The notes under the pieces are model-generated. The model saw only the letters and a program-made list of their open reading frames with translations. It did no database searches and was not told the DNA's origin. 64,000 bases of DNA, taken from assembly GCA_039808405.1 (NCBI GenBank), contig JBDHSY010000001.1, positions 2,061 to 66,060 on the forward strand, written 5' to 3'. Both the position numbers and the translations under genes were made by a program. This DNA is from Xanthobacteraceae bacterium. GTDB lineage: Bacteria; Pseudomonadota; Alphaproteobacteria; Rhizobiales; Xanthobacteraceae. Every line of letters starts with the position of its first letter. The first letter of the stretch is position 1. Shown piece by piece: positions 39,944 to 48,303 of the stretch.

Positions 39944-41007
39944 TGGGCCGTCCGTCACATCAGGCAGGAGAACTGGCGCACCGTCTCGGCGAACAGGCCG
40001 AGGCGGTGTGCCGCCACTATCTGTCGAAGGGGCATCGTGAGGGCCGCTACTGGCTGGTCGGCGATGTCCGCAATACGCCGGGCCGCAGTCTCTATGTCCG
40101 TCTTGCAGGATCGCAGGACGGACGCGGCGCGGCGGGCAAATGGACCGATGCATCGACCGGCGAACATGGCGACCTGCTCGACATCATCGCGATCGCCGGT
40201 GGCCATCATCATCTACGCGACACGCTTGACGAGGCCCGACGCTTCCTCAGTCTGCCACGCCCCGAGCCTGTGGGTGATGATCCGCGATATCGGCGGGAAC
40301 CCAAGGCACCGACCGGCACGCCCCAAGCCGCGCGGCGCTTGTTTGCGGCCTCAAAGCCGTTTCTGGCGACAGTCGTGGAAGCGTATCTCCGTAACCGTGC
40401 GATTACGGATATACGGAAAGACGATCCGCTCCGCTTCCATCCGCATTGCTACTACCGGCCATCGCGGGATGATCCGCCGAAGACGCGCCCGGCCTGGCCC
40501 GCGATGATCGCCGCCGTCACCGATCTCGACGGCGGCGTGACCGGCGTTCATCGCACATGGCTCAACCCGGCCACGATCGACAAAGCGCCTGTATCCTCGC
40601 CGAGACGCGCCATGGGTCATCTTCTCGGCCACGGCGTCCGGTTCGGGGTTGCCGATAGCGTGATGGCGGCGGGCGAAGGGATCGAGACCCTCTTGTCGGT
40701 GCGCCAGATCATGCCCGCCATGCCCATGATCGCTGCTCTGTCCTCTGCCCACCTTGGAGCGATATTGTTCCCGACGGCGCTGCGACGGCTCTATGTCGTG
40801 CGCGACGACGATCCTGCCGGCGATGTGGCGGTGGCGACGTTGAGCGAGCGAGCTTCCAGCGCCGGGATCGAGGTCGTGCCCTTGTCGCCGATGCTCGGCG
40901 ATCATAACGAGGATCTGCGGCTGATCGGGCCGGAGCGGATGCGGGCGGCGTTGCGGCCCCAACTCGTGCCCGCCGATGTCGGCCGGTTCCTGATGCCGTC
41001 CCGGTGA
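39940..41007 (+). CDS. Toprim-domain protein (primase-like)
   Basis: ATG 39940 overlaps the upstream TGA (ATGA). GEGIETLLSV and VVRDDDPAGD are Toprim acidic motifs. Confidence 0.75.
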   Translation: MMGRPSHQAGELAHRLGEQAEAVCRHYLSKGHREGRYWLVGDVRNTPGRSLYVRLAGSQDGRGAAGKWTDASTGEHGDLLDIIAIAGGHHHLRDTLDEARRFLSLPRPEPVGDDPRYRREPKAPTGTPQAARRLFAASKPFLATVVEAYLRNRAITDIRKDDPLRFHPHCYYRPSRDDPPKTRPAWPAMIAAVTDLDGGVTGVHRTWLNPATIDKAPVSSPRRAMGHLLGHGVRFGVADSVMAAGEGIETLLSVRQIMPAMPMIAALSSAHLGAILFPTALRRLYVVRDDDPAGDVAVATLSERASSAGIEVVPLSPMLGDHNEDLRLIGPERMRAALRPQLVPADVGRFLMPSR

Positions 41008-41298
41008 AGCCGGAAAGGCGGTAGGCTTTTGGCGGGTCCGGTGCCGCAGAAGACCCCCGGTTGTCAGGGTGACGCAGAGATCGGAAAGGCCAGCCCTCGG
41101 CCTTCTCTAGAGGGCGATCGGAACGGCAAACGCCCCGGTCTAGCAACGGCGGGCTTCAGCTTTCTTCCCCTGGCGGCAGAGCCGCCATTCCTCGCGAGAC
41201 AAGAAAGCCTCGCCCGCCGTCCTCCGCTTCGCTGCGGCCCCTTCGCTGGCGCTTGGGGTGCAGGCCCGGTTCGCCCGCCGTCTTTCGTCGCCTGCGAA

Positions 41299-41328
41299 GG
41301 CCGCGAAGGGCGCGGCCAACCGAAGAGG
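41299..41328 (+). promoter_or_regulatory. GC hairpin plus AACCGAAG leader upstream of gene 41336
   Basis: GGCCGCG-aaggg-CGCGGCC followed by AACCGAAGAGG. The same layout occurs at 46126-46154. Confidence 0.4.
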
Positions 41329-41335
41329 CATCACC

Positions 41336-42277
41336 ATGACAACCGACAATCCGCTTCCCGAGCACGAACCCGAACACGCAGAATCCCCCACCGCTTATCT
41401 TCTCCAGGAAATGGCCCTTTACGGCTACCGGCCTTACTCCGACGAACCCGATGACCGGCCGCTGCCCGATGCCCGCATCGCCGGGGGCGCCATCATCGAC
41501 ATCTTCGACGCGATGGTCATGACCTTCATCGACACGCGATTAGAGCCCGATCTTGAAGACCTGCTGTGGAACCTCACCAACGTCTTCCACCGCGCCGGCG
41601 AACGGATCGAGCGCGAGCTTGACGATAATGAGGTCGCCCAGAAGCGCAGCCAAACGGAACAGGACGGCTCCGAGGTGAAGTCGGTCGAGCTGGAGACGCT
41701 GCTGCGCGAGGGCACGACGATGCTCGAACGCCGCGACGCGATGGAGTTCTTCCGCGACGGCTGCGCCGACCAGTTCCGCATCCACATCCGCAAACCCTGG
41801 ACACCGCGCTCGGGCTCGAAGGTCAACCGCAAGGCGCTGACCTCAGCGGTCGTCTCCAGCCGGGATTTCGTCAATGCGCGGCAGCGGGCGGAAAAGCAGG
41901 TGCTGATCCCCGCCGGGACGCTGATCGCCTTCAGCTCAGGGCCGACCTTCAACGATCATCGGTTCATCTGGGACCTGCTCGACCGTGTCCACGCCAAACA
42001 TCCGCAGATGGTCCTGGCGCATGGCGCAACGCCGACGGGCGGCGAGAAGATCGCCGCCCTCTGGGCCGATCAGCGCAATGTGCCGCAGGTCCCCTTCAAG
42101 CCCGACTGGAACCGCCACAAGAAGGCCGCGCCGTTCAAGCGCAACGATGCGCTGCTGGAGGCCTTGCCCGCCGGCGTCATCATCCTGCCGGGCACCGGCA
42201 TCCAGGACAATCTGCACGACAAGGCCAAGGCAATGGGCATCAAGCGCTGGGACTTCCGGCACCAGGGCAGCGCGTGA
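41336..42277 (+). CDS. Protein with a C-terminal DUF2493/SLOG-like domain (313 aa)
   Basis: Internal ATG 41336. C-terminus reads MVLAHGATPTGGEKIAALWA...FKRNDALLEALPAGVIILPGTGIQDN. Confidence 0.7.
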   Translation: MTTDNPLPEHEPEHAESPTAYLLQEMALYGYRPYSDEPDDRPLPDARIAGGAIIDIFDAMVMTFIDTRLEPDLEDLLWNLTNVFHRAGERIERELDDNEVAQKRSQTEQDGSEVKSVELETLLREGTTMLERRDAMEFFRDGCADQFRIHIRKPWTPRSGSKVNRKALTSAVVSSRDFVNARQRAEKQVLIPAGTLIAFSSGPTFNDHRFIWDLLDRVHAKHPQMVLAHGATPTGGEKIAALWADQRNVPQVPFKPDWNRHKKAAPFKRNDALLEALPAGVIILPGTGIQDNLHDKAKAMGIKRWDFRHQGSA

Positions 42278-42383
42278 GCGCCGCCTTGGTGTGGCTGTCA
42301 AACATGGCCGAAACGCCCATCTCAGCCACCGAGGCGCTATCATTATCCGCAAAGCCTAACATTCAGAGATGGCCAGCCGCATA

Positions 42384-42403
42384 ATATCCGTTATTCGGGA
42401 TAT
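42384..42403 (+). promoter_or_regulatory. Candidate ArsR operator
   Basis: Imperfect dyad ATATCCG-ttatt-CGGGATAT abutting the arsR ATG. Confidence 0.3.
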
Positions 42404-42736
42404 ATGGAAAACGAATCGGCCATCCTCGCGCTGGGCGCGCTGGCGCAGACCACGCGGCTCGATACCTTTCGCCTGCTGGTGCGTCACGAGCCGGACGGTC
42501 TGGCCGCAGGCGACATCGCCCGCGCGCTCGATGTGCCGCAAAACACCATGTCGGCACATCTGGCGACGCTGGCGCGCGCCGGGCTGGTGACGTCGCAGCG
42601 GCAGAGCCGCTCGATCGTCTATCGTGCCGATCTCGACGCGCTGAAGGCGCTCACCCTGTTCCTCGTCAAGGACTGCTGCGGCGGTCGCGCGGAACTGTGC
42701 GAGCCCCTGATCGCCGAACTCGCCCCCTGCTGCTGA
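42404..42736 (+). CDS. arsR: ArsR/SmtB-family arsenite-responsive repressor
   Basis: Winged HTH (DIARALDVPQNTMSAHLATLARAGLV) and a C-terminal Cys cluster DCCGGRAELC. Confidence 0.88.
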   Translation: MENESAILALGALAQTTRLDTFRLLVRHEPDGLAAGDIARALDVPQNTMSAHLATLARAGLVTSQRQSRSIVYRADLDALKALTLFLVKDCCGGRAELCEPLIAELAPCC

Positions 42737-42747
42737 ACGGACCCGAC

Positions 42748-43179
42748 ATGACCGCCTCCGACATCACGATCTGGCACAACCCCGACTGCGGGACCTCGCG
42801 CAACACGCTGGCGATGATCCGCAATGCCGGGATCGAGCCGCATGTCGTCGAATATCTGAAAACGCCGCCGACGCGGGAGAAGCTTGCCGCGCTGATCGCG
42901 GCGGCGGGTCTTGCGCCGCGCGACGTGCTGCGCGCCAAGGGCACGGATTATGACGGGCTATCCGGGGACGATCCGGCCTTGGCTGACGATATCCTGCTCG
43001 ACGCGATGATGCGGCATCCGATCCTCATCAATCGTCCACTGGTCGAAACGCCGTTGGGCGTGCGGCTGTGTCGGCCCTCCGAAGTGGTGCTGGAAATCCT
43101 GCCCACACCCCAAGGCGGGGTCTTCGCCAAGGAAGACGGCGAACAGGTGATCGACGCGTCCGGCAAGCGGATCGGTTGA
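42748..43179 (+). CDS. arsC: Arsenate reductase, glutaredoxin-coupled type
   Basis: Internal ATG 42748 gives MTASDITIWHNPDCGTSRNTLAMIR (catalytic Cys) ... ILINRP. Confidence 0.88.
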   Translation: MTASDITIWHNPDCGTSRNTLAMIRNAGIEPHVVEYLKTPPTREKLAALIAAAGLAPRDVLRAKGTDYDGLSGDDPALADDILLDAMMRHPILINRPLVETPLGVRLCRPSEVVLEILPTPQGGVFAKEDGEQVIDASGKRIG

Positions 43180-43181
43180 CC

Positions 43182-44246
43182 ATGACCACGACGGCACCGG
43201 CCGCGCCCCCGGCGATCGGCATCTTCGAACGCTATCTGTCGGTCTGGGTCGCCCTGTGCATCGTCGTCGGTATCGGGCTGGGTTTTGCGCTGCCCGGACT
43301 GTTCGCCGTGATCGCCAGGGCCGAGGTGGCGAAGGTCAACCTCGTCGTCGCGGTGCTGATCTGGCTGATGATCGTGCCGATGCTCTTGAAGATAGACTTC
43401 GGCGCATTGGGATCGGTGCGCCGGCACTGGAAGGGTGTCGGCGTCACCCTGTTCATCAACTGGGCGGTCAAGCCCTTCTCGATGGCGCTGCTCGGCGCGA
43501 TCTTCATCGGCTGGCTGTTTGCGCCGCTGCTCCCCGCTGGCGAAGGCCCCTCCTATATCGCCGGGCTGATCCTGCTCGCCGCCGCACCCTGCACGGCGAT
43601 GGTATTCGTCTGGTCGAACCTGTGCGACGGCGACCCCGCCTATACGCTGAGCCAGGTGGCGCTGAACGACCTCATCATGGTGTTCGCCTTCGCGCCACTG
43701 GTCGGGCTGTTGCTCGGCGTGGCGGCGATCACTGTGCCGTGGGGCACGCTGCTGATCTCGGTCGCGCTTTATATTGTTGCCCCGGTGATCGCGGCGCAAA
43801 TCCTCCGCCGCGCGGTGCTGGCATCGGGCGGGCAGCCGGCGCTCGACCGGCTGTTGTCGCGCCTTGGCCCCGCCTCGATGATCGCCTTGCTGGCGACGCT
43901 GGTGCTGCTGTTCGGCTTTCAGGGCGAGGCGATCATCGCGCAGCCGCTGGTGATCGCGCTGCTTGCCGTGCCGATCCTGATCCAGGTCTATTTCAACGCG
44001 GGGCTGGCTTATTGGCTGAGCCGGAAGTTCGGCGTGGCATGGTGCGTCGCCGCCCCATCGGCGTTGATCGGCGCGTCCAACTTCTTCGAACTGGCGGTGG
44101 CCGCCGCCATTGCGCTGTTCGGTCTCAAATCCGGCGCGGCGCTCGCCACAGTGGTCGGCGTGCTGGTCGAGGTGCCGGTAATGCTGTCGGTCGTGGGAAT
44201 CGTGAAGCGGTCGCGCGGCTGGTATGAAAAAGGAAGCATCGTTTGA
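43182..44246 (+). CDS. acr3: Arsenite efflux permease, ACR3 family
   Basis: Internal ATG 43182 gives ...[22 protein letters not shown]...[14 protein letters not shown]... About 10 TM segments. Confidence 0.9.
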   Translation: MTTTAPAAPPAIGIFERYLSVWVALCIVVGIGLGFALPGLFAVIARAEVAKVNLVVAVLIWLMIVPMLLKIDFGALGSVRRHWKGVGVTLFINWAVKPFSMALLGAIFIGWLFAPLLPAGEGPSYIAGLILLAAAPCTAMVFVWSNLCDGDPAYTLSQVALNDLIMVFAFAPLVGLLLGVAAITVPWGTLLISVALYIVAPVIAAQILRRAVLASGGQPALDRLLSRLGPASMIALLATLVLLFGFQGEAIIAQPLVIALLAVPILIQVYFNAGLAYWLSRKFGVAWCVAAPSALIGASNFFELAVAAAIALFGLKSGAALATVVGVLVEVPVMLSVVGIVKRSRGWYEKGSIV

Positions 44247-45010
44247 CCCGTATCCGTGCGCTGTCCGACCCCGATCATCTGCCCGCGCTCGATCGCCGCT
44301 ACGTCCATGAACGGCCCGCGCGCGGCCTTGGCGCGAGTGATCCGCCGCCGCGCATCCTGCTGCTCTATGGATCTTTACGCGAACGCTCCTTCTCGCGCCT
44401 CGCGGTCGAGGAAGCCGCGCGGTTGCTTCAATTCTTCGGGGCGGAGACGCGAATCTTCGATCCGTCCGACCTGCCGCTGCCCGACCAGCACGCGGGCGAC
44501 GATCATCCCGCCTTCCACGAACTGCGCGAACTTTCGATGTGGTCGGAAGGCCACGTCTGGTGCAGCCCCGAGCGCCATGGCCAGATCAGCGGCATCATGA
44601 AGACGCAGATCGACCATCTGCCGCTGGAGATGGGCGGGATGCGGCCGACCCAGGGCCGCACGCTGGCGGTCATGCAGGTGTCGGGCGGGTCGCAGTCGTT
44701 CAACGCGGTCAATACGCTGCGTCTGCTCGGCCGCTGGATGCGGATGGTCACCATCCCCAACCAGTCGTCGGTGGCGATGGCGTATAAGGAGTTCGACGAG
44801 GATGGGCGGATGAAGCCGTCGCCCTATTATGACCGGATCGTCGATGTGATGGAGGAGCTGGTCCGGTTCACGGTGCTGCTCCGCCCGCACGCCGGCCAGC
44901 TCGTCGACCGCTATTCGGAGCGAAAGGCAGTGGGCGTGCCGGTCGATCCAGCGACAGACCTGTCAGCCATCGCGGTCGGCCAGATTGCTACGCCCGTTCA
45001 GCAGGTATGA
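44243..45010 (+). CDS. arsH: ArsH, NADPH-dependent FMN reductase
   Basis: [17 protein letters not shown]...[18 protein letters not shown].... TTG start overlapping the acr3 stop. Confidence 0.88.
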   Translation: MTRIRALSDPDHLPALDRRYVHERPARGLGASDPPPRILLLYGSLRERSFSRLAVEEAARLLQFFGAETRIFDPSDLPLPDQHAGDDHPAFHELRELSMWSEGHVWCSPERHGQISGIMKTQIDHLPLEMGGMRPTQGRTLAVMQVSGGSQSFNAVNTLRLLGRWMRMVTIPNQSSVAMAYKEFDEDGRMKPSPYYDRIVDVMEELVRFTVLLRPHAGQLVDRYSERKAVGVPVDPATDLSAIAVGQIATPVQQV

Positions 45011-45474
45011 CGAGACCGTTCCCCCGCGTCATTGGCGATCATGACGCTGCGTCGACCGAAGGCCGACGATGGCGTCGCGCCAGCGGGTTCAAGGGCGAGA
45101 CGCAACATGATCCTGGCGGACCGCAACGCGATCCGCATCACAGGAGCGAGATCAGGGCTGGCGCTGATATCAAGAACGGCCGGTTTCTTGTTGCCTGACC
45201 TGAGGAGACTGAGCAGGTGTCGTTCGTCTCCGGAAAATCCGACATAATCAGGCGCGGCAGTGCGGAACCGCCGCCCCGAGCACGCCTCATAGAGCGCCAA
45301 TACACTGTCGATCACGGGCGCGAGAATACCGCAGCCATAGCCCACGAGTGCGCGATAAAGCGCAGGCTGGACCGGATTACCGCTGTCGCGCGCCTGTCGC
45401 CAGCTACGCACGGCGTCCAGAATGAGCGAATTGGCCACGATCGTCGCGGCCGGGGGCGTAAAGGCGCAGGTCAC
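44998..45474 (-). CDS. Hypothetical protein (158 aa), convergent with arsH and overlapping it by 13 nt
   Basis: GTG start with GGAAGGA 6 nt upstream and coding-like third-position bias. I recognise no motif. Confidence 0.45.
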   Translation of the reverse strand: MTCAFTPPAATIVANSLILDAVRSWRQARDSGNPVQPALYRALVGYGCGILAPVIDSVLALYEACSGRRFRTAAPDYVGFSGDERHLLSLLRSGNKKPAVLDISASPDLAPVMRIALRSARIMLRLALEPAGATPSSAFGRRSVMIANDAGERSRHTC

Positions 45475-46125
45475 AGTTCATCCTTCCAATCTCCCCCCTT
45501 TACAAATCAGGACTGCGGTACGCTGCGATTGTTGCGTCGGAAAGACTGAAGCGGGCACTTTGCCCTGTCTTCACGTCTGATCGCCGCCACCGCACCTAAA
45601 AGCCGGTTCAACCGCCCAGCATCAGCGCGGATTGCCCACCACGCTGAACTGGTCAGCGAGCGCCATCGCCCAGGCTGCTCGGAGGCCGATCAGCTCGGCG
45701 GGCTACAGATCGAGCCTCTCCAACGGCGCGCACCGATACGGGGGTACGAGACTGGATGCGCACCGATTTCCAGAGCCAGAACCGACGCCGGGATTCGACG
45801 ACCATGTCCGGGTTGTGGCGGTCCGGGCCTGTGCATCTGTGTCAGGCCGATGCGCTCATTCGCCCGTCTATCATTTCCCCAGCCAGCGTGCGTGGGACCG
45901 CATAGCGATGCGAAAATAGAGCGCGAGACAGCGCCTCTTGCCGTCAACCCCGGTTGGATTGCTATGGCCACAAAAGGTCGTTTCCCCAACGGCTGCTTTG
46001 GACCAACCCCTATTCATGCCGCCCTTGTAGGCATCCGCCCGCCTAGTGCCGCCAACCCCACAAGGGGGTTCCCCTGCGCTTACGCTCCGGTGACGGCGGC
46101 GTTCGCCCGCCTCCTTCAGCGTCAT

Positions 46126-46154
46126 CGGGGATGGTCCCCGAGCAACCGAAGGAA
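46126..46154 (+). promoter_or_regulatory. GC hairpin plus AACCGAAGG leader upstream of DUF736 gene
   Basis: CGGGGA-tgg-TCCCCG (15-mer identical to 47250-47264), then AGCAACCGAAGGAAC. ATG lies 22 nt after the hairpin. Confidence 0.45.
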
Positions 46155-46162
46155 CTGACATC

Positions 46163-46483
46163 ATGGCCACCATCGCAAACCTCACCCAGAAGCAGGACGG
46201 CAGCCTGGAAGGCACGCTCGCCACCCTCAACGTCACCGCCCAGATCGCGGTGATCCAGAACACCCGCAAGACGAAGGAAAACGAGCCCGACTACCGGATC
46301 ATCAGCCGCAAGAACGGCTTCGAGCTGGGCGCTGGCTGGAACCGCTTCTCCCAGAACACCGGCGCGGAATATATCTCGGTTTCGCTGTCGGCTCCCGAAT
46401 TCGGCACCATCTACGGCAACGTCGCCCCGGCCCCTGGCGATGACCCGATGAAGAAGGTCATCATCTGGAACCCGCCGAGCTGA
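46163..46483 (+). CDS. DUF736-family protein
   Basis: MATIANLTQKQDGSLEGTL...PDYRI...GAGW... It is a paralogue of the gene at 52516. Confidence 0.8.
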   Translation: MATIANLTQKQDGSLEGTLATLNVTAQIAVIQNTRKTKENEPDYRIISRKNGFELGAGWNRFSQNTGAEYISVSLSAPEFGTIYGNVAPAPGDDPMKKVIIWNPPS

Positions 46484-46496
46484 TCGGCGCCCCGAG

Positions 46497-46534
46497 CCGG
46501 CCTCGCCCCCCGCGAGGCCGGTTCTTTTCCTTTT
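46497..46534 (+). terminator. Rho-independent terminator
   Basis: CCGGCCTCGC-ccccc-GCGAGGCCGG followed by TTCTTTTCCTTTT. Confidence 0.8.
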
Positions 46535-46556
46535 CACCGTCGCAAGGGAGGCGATC

Positions 46557-46851
46557 ATGAGCCGCTACGCCATCACCCTGCGAACCGACGCCGCGACCGA
46601 CGACAACGCCGTCATCGGCTACGATCCGCCACTTCGCACATATTTCATCCAGGGGTTCAAAGATCCGAAGACCGAACAGCCGGTTCTCTGGCTCGGCACC
46701 CACCTTGTTGATGACGCTGCTCGCCGCTCTTGATGTCCGCGGCTACCAGCTTGACGGCCTCACCGCCGCCATCAAGGCCGACATGGGCGCGGAGGCCACC
46801 CGTCCTTCGTCACCAAGTCCTGTCGAGCGATACGGCTGGCCGTTCCGATAA
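46557..46851 (+). pseudogene. Small conserved gene apparently split into two frames (58-aa ORF 46557-46733 plus 46-aa ORF 46711-46851 in the +1 frame)
   Basis: ORF1 reads MSRYAITLRTDAATDDNAVIGYDPPLRTYFIQGF..WLGTHLVDDAARRS*. The +1 frame is open throughout and continues ..LMTLLAALDVRGYQLDGLTAAIKADMG... Both ORFs fall below the track cutoff. Read together they give a single protein of about 100 aa. Confidence 0.35.
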
Positions 46852-46949
46852 ACCTGAGCAGCGGCGGCGGCGATGCGTCGCCGCTGACTTTCCCTGCGCG
46901 AACAACCTCATCTTCCTCACGTCCCGTAGGTTGGTCGCTGGTCGATCAC

Positions 46950-46975
46950 CGGGATCGCCGTCCCATTCGGCGGCC
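46950..46975. repeat. Left arm of a 26-bp inverted repeat (25/26 match, 21 perfect)
   Basis: The reverse complement is GGCCGCCGAATGGGACGGCGATCCCG, against GGCCACCGAATGGGACGGCGATCCCG at 47396-47421. Confidence 0.85.
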
Positions 46976-47249
46976 ACTGCACCAAGCCTGCAAGTCTCCG
47001 TTCAACGCTGGTGGAAACGCCAGCGCGTGCCCGAGAGGCCAGGGTTCGGCAACGACGGTCAGCTACGGCAGGACAGGCAGCTCCTGTTCGCCGGGAACCA
47101 CCCCGCTCTTTGAGGCTCATTCCTTGGTCCGGCGCATGGCCTGACGCCATCAACCCGTAAAGGGTCCGCTTACGCTGCGCGTGCGGCCTTCAGGCTGCGC
47201 CTGCGCGGTGATCGCGGCCATGCGCCTGACACTTCGGGAGCCTGTCGAG

Positions 47250-47264
47250 CGGGGATGGTCCCCG
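47250..47264 (+). promoter_or_regulatory. Second copy of the CGGGGATGGTCCCCG hairpin, 21 nt upstream of ATG 47286
   Basis: Exact 15-mer shared with 46126-46140. Confidence 0.45.
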
Positions 47265-47285
47265 CCTCCGAGACAGGAGCCGAAA

Positions 47286-47459
47286 ATGTCCAACTCGCTG
47301 AAAACCGCCCAAGCCTATGCCTGGAGCCTCGCGCGCAGCCTCATGGTCTGCATCATCGTATTCCGCGCCGAAAACGGCATGTTCGGCGCCATGCCGGCCA
47401 CCGAATGGGACGGCGATCCCGACCTCGTCCTCGCGGAACTCGACCCTTTCGGGCGGTGA
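47286..47459 (+). CDS. Small hypothetical protein (57 aa)
   Basis: Internal ATG 47286 with AGGAG upstream gives MSNSLKTAQAYAWSL...ATEWDGDPDLVLAELDPFGR. Confidence 0.5.
   Translation: MSNSLKTAQAYAWSLARSLMVCIIVFRAENGMFGAMPATEWDGDPDLVLAELDPFGR
47396..47421. repeat. Right arm of the 26-bp inverted repeat (inside the small CDS)
   Basis: See 46950-46975. Confidence 0.85.
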
Positions 47460-47491
47460 GCCCGAAAGGCGATCAGCCAGTGCGTGCAGCG

Positions 47492-47722
47492 CTACGCACT
47501 GGCGCCATCCTCGTCATAATCGGCGATCAGGTCGACGGGTTTTACCCCTAACGCCGTGGCAAGATGGAAAAGCGTCACCACTGTCGGATTGCGCCGACCG
47601 CGTTCGAGATCACTGACATATTGCTGCGTGAAACCGGAAACCTCGGCGAAACGCTCTTGGGTGACGCCTTGCTCACGCCTCAATCTGGCAAAGTTCAATC
47701 CAACAAGGCGACGCATATCCAT
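47492..47722 (-). CDS. XRE/Cro-C1-family HTH regulator (QseC-like position)
   Basis: 76 aa: LRREQGVTQERFAEVSGFTQQYVSDLERGRRNPTVVTLFHLATALGV. It is divergent from the DUF2285-like gene across an AT-richer 157-bp gap. Confidence 0.85.
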   Translation of the reverse strand: MDMRRLVGLNFARLRREQGVTQERFAEVSGFTQQYVSDLERGRRNPTVVTLFHLATALGVKPVDLIADYDEDGASA

Positions 47723-47826
47723 GCGTGCGACGCTGGACGATACACACTATCGGGTTTATCTCTTATAAGATGTATTGGCTGATTCAGTGGTCAGCACTGT
47801 CGTGCGCTTTTCATGCTTTAGGACTA

Positions 47827-47839
47827 TGCAAGCATTGCA
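47827..47839. promoter_or_regulatory. Palindrome TGCAA-gca-TTGCA in the divergent regulatory gap
   Basis: Seen directly in the sequence. An operator role is a guess. Confidence 0.25.
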
Positions 47840-47879
47840 GAGCCTTGAGAATTTGGACGTACGAGCCAGGGAGATATTC

Positions 47880-48158
47880 ATGAAACCCCCACCGCTCGAT
47901 CCTGCCGTTGCTGACACAGCGCCGGACGCAGCCTTCCTTACGCCTTATGATGAAGAGCATCTGATCACCTATTTGCGCTTGCTCGACGCCCAGAGTGATG
48001 ATGCGGGGTGGGAAGAAGTGGCACGCGTCGTTCTGCACATTGACCCGGAACTGGAACCCGCGCGCGCCCATAAAGCCTGGACAACGCATCTGGCCCGCGC
48101 GCAATGGATGGCCAAATCTGGATATAAACATCTGCTGCGCGGCGGCCCGCCAAACTGA
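47880..48158 (+). CDS. Small DUF2285-like protein (92 aa), QseM-like antiactivator candidate
   Basis: ATG 47880 (GGGAGA 6 nt upstream). HLITYLRLLDAQSDDAGWEEVA...LARAQWMAKSGYKHLL parallels the C-terminus of the downstream split gene (LILSIRLLDAERDGATERQMA...AHRLLDGGYLQIL). Confidence 0.65.
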   Translation: MKPPPLDPAVADTAPDAAFLTPYDEEHLITYLRLLDAQSDDAGWEEVARVVLHIDPELEPARAHKAWTTHLARAQWMAKSGYKHLLRGGPPN

Positions 48159-48303
48159 ACGGACGTGACCTGAGCGACGCTCAGCTATCACCATTCGTGC
48201 TGCCGGGATAACCGGGCGGTGGCTAGTCAAACACACGCACTACGCGAATCTTCCAATGTTGTGCCGCGGCGCATGAACCGCGGCCCTCTTGGGAGGTGTC
48301 GCC

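Noticed and set aside
43256-44227. 323-aa alternative-frame ORF inside acr3
   Set aside because: Arg/Gly/Ala-rich shadow frame. The ACR3 frame gives about 10 hydrophobic helices and family motifs.
45780-45800. GGGATTCGACGACC resembling the complement of a tRNA T-loop (possible att/tRNA fragment)
   Set aside because: The flanking bases do not form a T-stem or acceptor stem, so there is no tRNA-like fold.
45632-46269. Several 95-132-aa ORFs on both strands in the gap after the ars island
   Set aside because: They overlap one another, have shadow-like composition and lack RBS or motif support. I left the stretch as unexplained sequence.
46730-47153. ORFs 46730-47113 (+, 127 aa) and 46917-47153 (-, 78 aa) in the 46.85-47.28 kb gap
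   Set aside because: Arg/Pro/Ser-rich with no start context. The region is better described by the inverted repeat and leader hairpin.
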